From the NCBI RefSeq assembly GCF_000092105.1, contig NC_014148.1, positions 4,290,001 through 4,322,000 of the forward strand: DNA of 32,000 bases, read 5' to 3'. The notes under the pieces were generated by a model. It was not told the DNA's origin and searched no databases. It saw only the letters and a program-made list of their open reading frames with translations. This DNA comes from Planctopirus limnophila DSM 3776. GTDB lineage: Bacteria > Planctomycetota > Planctomycetia > Planctomycetales > Planctomycetaceae. Made by a program: the position numbers and the translations under genes. Below are positions 24,731 to 32,000 of the stretch, piece after piece; within the stretch, counting starts at the first letter, position 1, and the number at the start of each line of letters is the position of its first letter.

Positions 24731-25402
24731 CTATTTCAACTTCTTGAAGCTGCCGTAATGATCGGCAGTGTAATAAATCTCACCCGATTTTCCCGTAATG
24801 ATTCGCTGAGGGCCAGGCCCATCCAGTTCCGCTGTGGGATGCACCCACTCGCGATAATAACCTGCTTCTCGAGTTGGCAACCGGCGTTCGCGATTTTGAA
24901 ACACAGAACCATCATTTCGAAACCGCAGCTTCTCGCCCGCTTCGATCCGGGTGATCGTTTCGGTCAGATCAATATCACCTCGATAAACCACCTTCCCCTG
25001 CAAATCCTTGACCGTCTGCTTGGCAACAATCCAGCGCTTTTCAGCAGAGGGAGTGGGCGATTTCTCAGGCGAAGCGACCTTGGAATTCCCGAGTGAATTC
25101 CCTGCATTCGGTCGTATGACGGGAGATGCATCAGCCGGAGAGTTTCTCAATGCCTCTGGTTGCTGAACGGACTGTGAGGCACCTTGTCGGACCTCGGCAT
25201 TTGCCGGATTCGAAGCCTCCGTCAAGGTGTGATTCTCTTCGGATTCAGCTTCAGTCGCTGGTGCAGGATTCTGAATTGTTGATGGAGGCGACGATGTGGC
25301 AGGTTGTCGCTCCACGACGAACTGCCACGCGAGACTCAAGCTCACGAAAACGATCAGGAGCACCAGATGGGTGCGAGTCATGCGGAACCGGGAGGAAGGC
25401 AC
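24731..25402 (-). CDS. Secreted/membrane-anchored guanyl-specific ribonuclease, barnase / RNase Sa (N1/T1) family
   Basis: 223 aa. The N-terminal TM/signal segment is MTRTHLVLLIVFVSLSLAW. A low-complexity P/S/A/N/E-rich linker of about 110 aa follows. The C-terminal domain DGSVFQNRERRLPTREAGYYREWVHPTAELDGPGPQRIITGKSGEIYYTADHYGSFKKL matches RNase Sa (DGVVFQNRESVLPTQSYGYYHEYTV...GTRRIICG...YYTGDHYATF), including the catalytic Glu, Arg and His positions. Confidence 0.8.
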   Translation of the reverse strand: MPSSRFRMTRTHLVLLIVFVSLSLAWQFVVERQPATSSPPSTIQNPAPATEAESEENHTLTEASNPANAEVRQGASQSVQQPEALRNSPADASPVIRPNAGNSLGNSKVASPEKSPTPSAEKRWIVAKQTVKDLQGKVVYRGDIDLTETITRIEAGEKLRFRNDGSVFQNRERRLPTREAGYYREWVHPTAELDGPGPQRIITGKSGEIYYTADHYGSFKKLK

Positions 25403-25515
25403 TCGTTACTCCACAAAAATCCATCGTGAGATGATCTCAGAATCACTCTCGACCCCCTTGCCGATGTGTTTTTCGGGTGAGATCTGATGCAGAAACGAAT
25501 GACCAAAAACGCGGC

Positions 25516-25555
25516 AGGCCGGAGAGTCCCTTGTGAACAAGATACTCTCCGGCCT
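25516..25555 (-). terminator. Strong hairpin, likely intrinsic terminator of the pilin-like gene
   Basis: aggccggagagt (25516-25527) pairs perfectly with actctccggcct (25544-25555). An inner cttgt/acaag pairing extends the stem. On the minus strand the hairpin is followed by GCCGCGTTTTTGG. It sits 52 nt downstream of the stop at 25607. Confidence 0.5.
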
Positions 25556-25606
25556 GATGTTTGACATCACGAATCGACCAATCACAACGATTGCCAGAAC
25601 TTTCGC

Positions 25607-25915
25607 TTAGATGCGTTCGCCGAGGAAGTCGTTGTTGGGAACAATGTTGTTGTCTTCGTCACAGAAGTCGATGACTTCGTACCAGCTGCTGCCGCTGAAG
25701 CAGGCGTTGTGACCTTCGAGACCATAGTACTGATAAGCTTGAGACATTTTGCCGTAAGCACTGCCGACATCTTCGAGTTCGTTGTTGACGTTCAAGGCGA
25801 CCTCAGAGAGCCCGACAATCATGGCGAGCACTGCAATGGTGGAAACCAGCACGAGTTCGGCAGAGACAATGAAACCGGCTTCGTCACGGTAGAGAGCGTT
25901 GATGATCAGAGACAT
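25607..25915 (-). CDS. Pilin-like mini-protein (Flp/class-III-signal-like N-terminus, C-terminal Cys pair)
   Basis: The track ORF extends to 26062. ATG at 25915 gives MSLIINALYRDEAG|FIVSAELVLVSTIAVLAMIVGL, that is, a short charged leader ending in Gly, then a hydrophobic helix with a Glu, as in prepilins. Two Cys (ACFSGSSWYEVIDFC) could form a pilin-type disulfide loop. The mature protein would be about 90 aa. Confidence 0.45.
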   Translation of the reverse strand: MSLIINALYRDEAGFIVSAELVLVSTIAVLAMIVGLSEVALNVNNELEDVGSAYGKMSQAYQYYGLEGHNACFSGSSWYEVIDFCDEDNNIVPNNDFLGERI

Positions 25916-26361
25916 GAGAGTGACCTTTCTGGCGACAATCGTCGCTAATTGTGTGTGACTCGCGATGAGACGTTTTGTTTCGCAGAGTGAATGATCTGTA
26001 AAGCAGCTTGAATGCCAATTCTTGTCGGCATCAACAACAAACCTCTCCGGCAGGCACAACACTTCTCCATAAGTTATTTCTGGGTATTATTTTAGGACAT
26101 CTTCAGATGGTGCCGAAGTGGTTCGGCATGCCGTGCATGATTCTGTCAACGAAGGATGCCAAAGGGAAACAGGAACTCGCCTGCATCTGAGCGTTGTTCC
26201 ACAACATGTTATTTTGTATTGACTTGCGGCGAATGTTTACGAATGACACCATGTTGTCGATCCGCCACGCATCGTTCATTCCGAGAGGATCGAGCTTTCA
26301 GAGCCTGGGAGCCAATTCGGTGGAATCTGGCGAGGTGGTGAAGTCTCCCTGGCCCGTTGCC

Positions 26362-26389
26362 TTGACGGATGAAATCCTGTGCGTATCAT
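26362..26389 (+). promoter_or_regulatory. Candidate sigma70-type promoter for tRNA-Gly
   Basis: TTGACG (26362-26367), a 16-nt spacer, then TATCAT (26384-26389). The predicted transcription start is about 40 nt upstream of the tRNA 5' end. This is pattern matching only. Confidence 0.35.
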
Positions 26390-26436
26390 GCGTGGTGGAC
26401 TTTGGCAGGCGAGGGCCTGTGACAAGTCTCATGAAT

Positions 26437-26509
<73 letters not shown>

Positions 26510-26797
26510 TTGAGATTTATGGAATGAATTGTTGTAGGGCAATTCTTCCATAGTAAGTTGCGTGACGGATGCAGGAAGGCGGCTTGGCACGAAGTTGACC
26601 GCATGTTGGCGTGATGTCAGCTGCGGAAAGCAAGGTCCGGGTCGCCTTTATCGTTTTCAGGCGGAATTTTTCCGGCTGATTGAACGCTGTCTGCATGGAT
26701 GCTCGTCAAAGACTTTGTACAGTCAATAATTACTGGGAATGTTGGCAGGAGTCGACGACTGCTGCCGAATGAAATTCTTGATTTGAAGGTGGCATTT

Positions 26798-28249
26798 ATG
26801 TCGACTGAAACTGTTGCGGCAGTGGCTGATGCGGACAACAAGCGGAAGCTGGCACTCGAAGTCGATGTTCAGACGGTCGGGCCCTGTCGGCGTCATGTTC
26901 GCGTGAAAATCGCGGAAGCAGAAATTCAGGAAGCCCGCAAGCAGTGTGTGAAAGAGTTTGGAACTTCTGCTGCTGTCCCTGGTTTTCGCGTCGGCAAAGT
27001 TCCCGCAGGATTGATTGAACGCCGCTTCAATAAAGAGATTTCCGAGCGAATTCGCGAAAAGCTCCTCATCGAGAGCCTCGAGCAGCTGGGCGAAGATAAG
27101 TCGATTGAACCGATTGACGAACCACAGTTCGATGTGGCCAGCCTGCAGATCCCTGACACTGGCGATTTTGAATATGAATTCGATGTCGAAGTTCGCCCCG
27201 AGTTTGAAATTCCGGCTTACTCGGGCCTGTCGATCAAGCGACCTGTGCATACTGTGTCAGAAAGCGAAATCGAGAAGCGAATTCGCGATTACCAGATCGA
27301 ACGGGCCACGGAACGTGTCGTTGATCGACCTGTCGCTGCCGGCGATTACGCTCGCGTGACTCTTGAATTCCGACATGCTGATAACAAACTCTCGACAGTT
27401 TCCAATCAGCGCGTGGTCGTTCGGCCCTCACTGAAATTGCGTGATGGCGAGATTACCGGTTTTGACCAGCTGCTCATCGGAGCAAAGGCTGGCGATGTCC
27501 TGACCACCAGCCTCGTGGTCACACCGGAAGCGGAAAACGTGGAACTGCGTGGCGAAACCATCCAGGTCAACGTCACCGTGGTGAATGTCGTTGAGTTCGA
27601 TCTGAAGTCAGTCGATGAAATTGCCGAGGAATTCGCGCTGGAGTCGGCTGAAGAAGTTCGCAATGAAGTCCGTAAGACGCTGGAACGCCAGGTGACATAT
27701 CGTCAGCGGCAGGAAACACGTCGTCAGGTTCTCGAACAGATGACGGCCTCTGCTGATTGGGAACTGCCCGAATCGCTGGTTCGCCGTCAGGTGGAGAACG
27801 CCCTGCGTCGCGAAATGCTCGAAATGCAGCAGGCTGGTTTTTCCTTCGATGAAATTCGTGCTCGCGAAAACGAACTGCGTCAGAAGTCGCTGACAACCAC
27901 TCGCCAGGCACTCAAGGAACATTTTGTTCTCGATCGTGTGGCTACGAAGGAATCGATTGAAGTCGAGCCTTACGAAATTGATGCCGAGATTGGCCTCATG
28001 GCTTACCAGCAGATGGAAACACCACGTAAGCTGCGTGCCCGCCTGCAGAAGAACGGCATGATTGAGAATCTCGAAGCTCAGATTCGCGAACGCAAGGCTG
28101 TGGATCACATCCTGGCTCATGCCACTTTTGAAGATATCCCGATGGAGATCTCTGAGACGGAAACCTCCTTCGCCTTGCCTTACTCAGTTGCCGGGACATC
28201 AGTCGCTGGAACAATTGAGGATAGTCAGGAAGAGGACAGTGAGGAATAA
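26798..28249 (+). CDS. tig: Trigger factor
   Basis: ATG 26798 is preceded by gaaggtgg. In the N-terminal ribosome-binding domain, GFRVGKVP matches the GFRxGxxP TF signature. The protein is about 480 aa with an acidic C-terminus and sits directly upstream of clpP, the classic tig-clpP synteny. The track ORF's extra 33 N-terminal residues are unlikely to be real. Confidence 0.9.
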   Translation: MSTETVAAVADADNKRKLALEVDVQTVGPCRRHVRVKIAEAEIQEARKQCVKEFGTSAAVPGFRVGKVPAGLIERRFNKEISERIREKLLIESLEQLGEDKSIEPIDEPQFDVASLQIPDTGDFEYEFDVEVRPEFEIPAYSGLSIKRPVHTVSESEIEKRIRDYQIERATERVVDRPVAAGDYARVTLEFRHADNKLSTVSNQRVVVRPSLKLRDGEITGFDQLLIGAKAGDVLTTSLVVTPEAENVELRGETIQVNVTVVNVVEFDLKSVDEIAEEFALESAEEVRNEVRKTLERQVTYRQRQETRRQVLEQMTASADWELPESLVRRQVENALRREMLEMQQAGFSFDEIRARENELRQKSLTTTRQALKEHFVLDRVATKESIEVEPYEIDAEIGLMAYQQMETPRKLRARLQKNGMIENLEAQIRERKAVDHILAHATFEDIPMEISETETSFALPYSVAGTSVAGTIEDSQEEDSEE

Positions 28250-28264
28250 TCCTTCGCCGATCTG

Positions 28265-28298
28265 GAAAAGTGCCACTTCGGAAGAAGTGGCACTTTTC
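28265..28298 (+). terminator. Intrinsic terminator after tig
   Basis: Perfect 15-bp inverted repeat gaaaagtgccacttc / gaagtggcacttttc with loop ggaa. The descending arm ends in TTTTC. It starts 16 nt after the tig stop codon. Confidence 0.6.
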
Positions 28299-28617
28299 GA
28301 TTCACAAACCGGCATCAGAGACAATTCGTTTAAGTTTTCCGGCTGATCAATGTTCTCGAAACTCCACGAGTGAATTGAGAACGGCGAATGCAGCCATGAT
28401 CAGACGGAAAGCCCATGCGATCGCGAAAATCGGGAGTGAGTTTTTCGAATCGCTCGGTCTGATGAGTCGAGTAAGTAGGTGATAACTCTCGACCTGCATT
28501 CCGATGAAGACATGCTGATAAAGACAATCTGAAAACTCGAAGCCTTGATGATTTAAACTCGTGACAGTCGATGGTATTGGCCACGACAACCAGCAACATT
28601 CAGAAGGAGTGCCTCTC

Positions 28618-29301
28618 GTGGGACGACCTGATTCCGGTCTGGGTGAGTGGATGGCAGCAAGTGCATCCGGGGGGTATTCCCGGCAGCGTCAGATGGGTCT
28701 GGGTGACCTGCTGCTGGAAAATCGGATCATCTTTCTCGATGGCCCGATTCATGACGCGAGTGCCAATCTGATTGTGATGAAACTCCTCTTCCTGCAGGCA
28801 GAGAATCGCCACCAGGATATCCACTTCTACGTCAATTCCCCTGGTGGCTCTGTCACAGCGACCATGGCGATTTACGACACGATGCAGTTTTTGCAATGTG
28901 ATATCGCCACCTATTGCGTTGGCCTGGCGGCCAGTGGCGGGGCGATTGTGCTGGCCGGTGGAACCAAAGGCAAAAGATATTGCCTCCCTCACGGCAAAGT
29001 GATGATTCACCAGCCTTACGGTGAAGTTGGCGGACAGGTTTCTGATATCGAAATTCAGGCACGCGATATTCTCGATACACGCCGCGTGCTCAATGAGATT
29101 CTGGCCCACCACTGCAATCAGCCCATCGAAATCATCGCTCGGGATACCGAACGCGATTACTACATGAATGCCTATCAGGCCAAAGATTACGGCATCGTCG
29201 ATGAAGTCCTCTCGAACCCGAAGAAGCCACCAGTCGGTATCCCGATCCCAGCTAATAAGCCTGTTGAAGGTGAATCTGCTCCCGGCACAACCGTTTCGTA
29301 G
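28618..29301 (+). CDS. clpP: ATP-dependent Clp protease proteolytic subunit, paralog 1
   Basis: Motifs: [22 protein letters not shown], catalytic Ser in GLAASGGA, His in MIHQP, Asp in [10 protein letters not shown] strong SD (GAAGGAG, 28603-28609) lies 8 nt before GTG 28618. The track start GTG 28561 is the alternative. The Pro-rich C-terminal tail of about 30 aa is unusual. Confidence 0.88.
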   Translation: MGRPDSGLGEWMAASASGGYSRQRQMGLGDLLLENRIIFLDGPIHDASANLIVMKLLFLQAENRHQDIHFYVNSPGGSVTATMAIYDTMQFLQCDIATYCVGLAASGGAIVLAGGTKGKRYCLPHGKVMIHQPYGEVGGQVSDIEIQARDILDTRRVLNEILAHHCNQPIEIIARDTERDYYMNAYQAKDYGIVDEVLSNPKKPPVGIPIPANKPVEGESAPGTTVS

Positions 29302-29402
29302 CGAACATTTGTGGTGCGCGATGTCCATCGGTGACCCGGCACCAACAGAACTCTCTCAGATCGTATTTTCATCACCGTCCCTTTCTCGTGCGAGAATTCA
29401 GC

Positions 29403-30011
29403 ATGACTAATCTGGTTCCTTACGTCATCGAGAAGAACGGTCGCGACGAACGGGCGATGGATATCTATAGCCGTCTGCTCCGCGACCGCATCATTATTCT
29501 CGGCAGTGGTATTGACGATACCGTAGCGAATACGATCGTCGCTCAATTGCTCTTTCTGCAATTTGAAGATAGCAAAGCGGATATCCACCTCTACATTAAC
29601 TCGCCAGGTGGATCGATCACTGCAGGAATGGCCATCTACGATACGATGCAGTATCTCTCATGTGATGTCGCCACCTATTGCCTTGGCCAGTGTGCCAGTA
29701 TGGGTGCTCTGCTGCTGACTGCCGGTGCTGCAGGTAAGCGTCATGCTCTACCCAACAGCCGCATCATGATTCACCAGCCTCTGGCGGGGATGCAGGGGAC
29801 TGCGACCGAACTGGAGATTCACGCGAAGGAAGTTCTCCGCGTGAAGCGCCGGATGAATGAGATTCTGCTCAAGCATACCGGGCAAACCTATGACCAGATC
29901 GAAAGAGACACCGATCGCGACAATTTCATGATGCCGGACGAAGCGAAGTCCTATGGCCTGATCGATAAAATCCTTGAGAAGATGCCCGCATCGCCTGCCG
30001 TTCAAGGCTAA
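29403..30011 (+). CDS. clpP: ATP-dependent Clp protease proteolytic subunit, paralog 2 (canonical)
   Basis: From ATG 29403 it reads [34 protein letters not shown], matching the canonical ClpP N-terminus. It has YINSPGGSI, Ser in GQCASMGA, His in MIHQP and Asp in RDTDRDNFM. The track ORF's additional 24 residues (from 29331) are unlikely to be real. Confidence 0.9.
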   Translation: MTNLVPYVIEKNGRDERAMDIYSRLLRDRIIILGSGIDDTVANTIVAQLLFLQFEDSKADIHLYINSPGGSITAGMAIYDTMQYLSCDVATYCLGQCASMGALLLTAGAAGKRHALPNSRIMIHQPLAGMQGTATELEIHAKEVLRVKRRMNEILLKHTGQTYDQIERDTDRDNFMMPDEAKSYGLIDKILEKMPASPAVQG

Positions 30012-30157
30012 TCGCTCATTGCGTGTTTCTATAAATTTCATGAACTCTCTGGAAAGGCTCCTATAGTCCTCCAGGGAGTTTTTGCTTTGTGTGAGAGTGC
30101 TTGTGGTTCGAAAATCATGCAGATCGTCGTTTCAGCCACTTGAGCGGAGAGCCAGAG

Positions 30158-30985
30158 ATGACCTGTCGCCAACTCCAGTCTGACTTGAGCCAGATGCTTG
30201 ATTCTGTAGAGATCACATGGTGGGCACCAGAAGATCTCTGGGATGAAGCGCGGTTGAAGGCAGGACAAATTCATTTACTGGATGGCCGAAAGGATGCCGC
30301 CCGATTTGTCGAACATTCGACTGCTTATCAGATCGTGGTCGATGTCACACCCTGGCTTTCGCATCCATTGGCGAAGCAGTTAGCCACATGGATCAATCCC
30401 GATTTGGATCCTCAGCTTTCGGAGGAGCAGTCATCACCGCTGGGGTTGTTGCGAAGAATGAGTATTGCTCTTTCTGGTCCTTCAGCAATCCCTGGCCACC
30501 TCGATCGATTGAAGTGGCAAGGGGCCGCGACGCTGGCCCACTTTTGGGGGCCATTGGAGAAAGTCGCTGCCGTCAACATTCAAACTGCTATGACGCCCGA
30601 GGTCCTTGCATCGAACCAACACCTGATTGTGTGGACGATCTCAACGCTTCGACAAATTATCACGCTGGAAGTGGCCACAGGCTTGCCGCCGCGTGCCTGG
30701 TGTGAAGCAGTTGGCCCTGCGGGTTCATTAGTCGTCGATGGTTTTCTTGACCCTTCTTTAGCAGCCAAGCCTCGCTTCTGGGTGCATGATGCCCGGGGGA
30801 TTCCGCGTGCCGAAGAATTTTCACCTGCCAGTGAAGTCGAACTCTTTGCTCAGGATCTTCGGCTGGCTCAGCACGATTCGGCCCTGCGCGAGCACTGGAG
30901 AATGCGGATCCAAAGAACTTCCCAATGGTTGGAAATCCTCGAAAAATCGGCCACAGAGTCGACGCTGAGTCGCTTTCTGCGATAA
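30158..30985 (+). CDS. Hypothetical protein
   Basis: The track ORF is 30101..30985. ATG 30158 is preceded by ggagag. No domain recognised. Composition and codon usage look like the surrounding genes. Confidence 0.5.
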   Translation: MTCRQLQSDLSQMLDSVEITWWAPEDLWDEARLKAGQIHLLDGRKDAARFVEHSTAYQIVVDVTPWLSHPLAKQLATWINPDLDPQLSEEQSSPLGLLRRMSIALSGPSAIPGHLDRLKWQGAATLAHFWGPLEKVAAVNIQTAMTPEVLASNQHLIVWTISTLRQIITLEVATGLPPRAWCEAVGPAGSLVVDGFLDPSLAAKPRFWVHDARGIPRAEEFSPASEVELFAQDLRLAQHDSALREHWRMRIQRTSQWLEILEKSATESTLSRFLR

Positions 30986-31062
30986 TTCCTTTAGCGAAGC
31001 CAATTTTTACACTCGCCTGCAAGCCATTTTTTCGATCTCCAACAATCTTCGAAGATTTCGCG

Positions 31063-31884
31063 ATGAACACCGCCATTGGCTCATTGAAAACATCGGCTGC
31101 TGCCAGTGAACCCGCTCCGGAGGAAAATCCTCTCGATCGACTGGAAGCTTTGCGTGAGCGGTTGATCCAGCATCCGATCTATCAGGAGGTGAACTCGCTG
31201 GGCCGCATTCGCCTGTTCATGAGAGAACATGCTTTTGCTGTGTGGGATTTCATGTCGTTACTCAAACGGATGCAGCAACTTTGTACCTGCACCACAGTTC
31301 CGTGGGTCCCTTCGCCTCGACCGGAACTGAGCCGCTTTATCAATGAAATTGTGCTCGGTGAAGAGTGTGATGAAGATGGTCGTGGTGGCTACATCAGCCA
31401 TTACGCATTGTATCTTGAAGCCATGACCGAACTGGGTGCGGATCCGAAGCCGATTCAGCAACTGGTTTCCCGTATCGGGAACGGTGCCGATACCTATCGA
31501 GTCCTTGAGCAGCTGCCCGTGCTTTCCGCGACCAAAGAGTTTGTCCGCTTTACGTTGCAGTTGTGCCGGGTGGGGCAGCCTCATGAGGTTGCCGCGGTCT
31601 TCTTTTACAGCCGGGAAGACATCATTCCCGAGATGTTCAGCCGGTTGATTCCTGTACTCGAACCGCAGCAGGTTCCTGTCGGTCGCCTGCTGCATTATCT
31701 TCATCGACATGTTGAGTTAGACGGAGATCGTCACGGGCCACTGGCTCGTCTGGCCATGGAGCATCTTTGTGAAGGGAATGCTCAATGGCAACAACAGGCA
31801 CTCGTAGCCGCCGGAAGAGCCATTGAGCACCGCCTTGCACTCTGGGATGGACTCTTGAAAGCCTTTCAGGATCAGGGGCTTTAA
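31063..31884 (+). CDS. DUF3050-family protein (heme-oxygenase-like helical fold)
   Basis: From ATG 31063 it is 273 aa. HPIYQEVNSLGRIRLFMREHAFAVWDFMSLLKRMQ, CTTVPWVP, INEIVLGEECDED, YLEAMTELGAD, SREDIIPEMF and YLHRHVELDGDRHGPLA match the conserved blocks I recall for DUF3050. The track ORF start at 30925 overlaps the previous gene and is unlikely to be real. Confidence 0.65.
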   Translation: MNTAIGSLKTSAAASEPAPEENPLDRLEALRERLIQHPIYQEVNSLGRIRLFMREHAFAVWDFMSLLKRMQQLCTCTTVPWVPSPRPELSRFINEIVLGEECDEDGRGGYISHYALYLEAMTELGADPKPIQQLVSRIGNGADTYRVLEQLPVLSATKEFVRFTLQLCRVGQPHEVAAVFFYSREDIIPEMFSRLIPVLEPQQVPVGRLLHYLHRHVELDGDRHGPLARLAMEHLCEGNAQWQQQALVAAGRAIEHRLALWDGLLKAFQDQGL

Positions 31885-32000
31885 GAACTTCGAGGATTCC
31901 TGTGTGGTTTCCTGTCGTTCTTTTCTCCTCACGGATTTGAGTATCAACTGCTCCGAAGACTCGATACACAAAGGCAATCAAACATGCTTGCTCCGAGCCG

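Noticed and set aside
25916-26062. N-terminal 49-residue extension of the pilin-like ORF (track start 26062).
   Set aside because: The extension is Cys/His-rich with no signal character. The internal ATG at 25915 places the prepilin-like leader at the N-terminus, where it must be to function.
26723-29328. Minus-strand ORFs inside tig and clpP: 26723..27250, 27608..28120 and 28600..29328.
   Set aside because: They are antisense to trigger factor and ClpP, both unambiguous on the plus strand.

Overview
All family calls below come from motifs I recognised in the translations. No database search was run. The window looks like a chromosomal segment of a Planctomycetota-type genome. This is an inference from the mid-50s % GC, a PSCyt-like CxxCH-type domain protein, two adjacent clpP paralogs, pilin-like mini-proteins and many genes without a Shine-Dalgarno sequence.

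Positions 1-21747 are almost entirely minus-strand. In coordinate order they hold: a large BNR/Ycf48-like secreted protein that runs off the left edge and is absent from the ORF track; a small lipoprotein; a TPR/PSCyt-like protein; a SAMHD1-like HD dNTPase; an OleA/FabH-type thiolase; a 2304-aa PfaC-type PUFA/polyketide synthase subunit (KS-CLF-AT-DH-DH); an AT-rich island carrying one plus-strand orphan secreted protein; an ALDH/LuxC-like reductase; a lower-GC two-gene cassette (small protein plus retropepsin-like aspartic protease); a LuxE/PaaK-like adenylating enzyme; and an MFS transporter.

The right third carries a SurA/parvulin-type PPIase, a hypothetical protein, a barnase/RNase Sa-type ribonuclease with its barstar inhibitor, a pilin-like mini-protein, tRNA-Gly(GCC), tig, two clpP genes with no clpX, a hypothetical protein and a DUF3050 (heme-oxygenase-like) protein.

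The most interesting observations are:
- An orphan PfaC-type megasynthase is linked to an OleA-type thiolase. A LuxC/LuxE-like reductase pair lies just upstream of it on the same strand.
- Palindromic REP-like elements sit in frame in the megasynthase linkers, where they encode PLPEGEG.
- The retropepsin cassette is wedged inside the reductase operon.
- An AT-rich island separates the two lipid-type gene sets.
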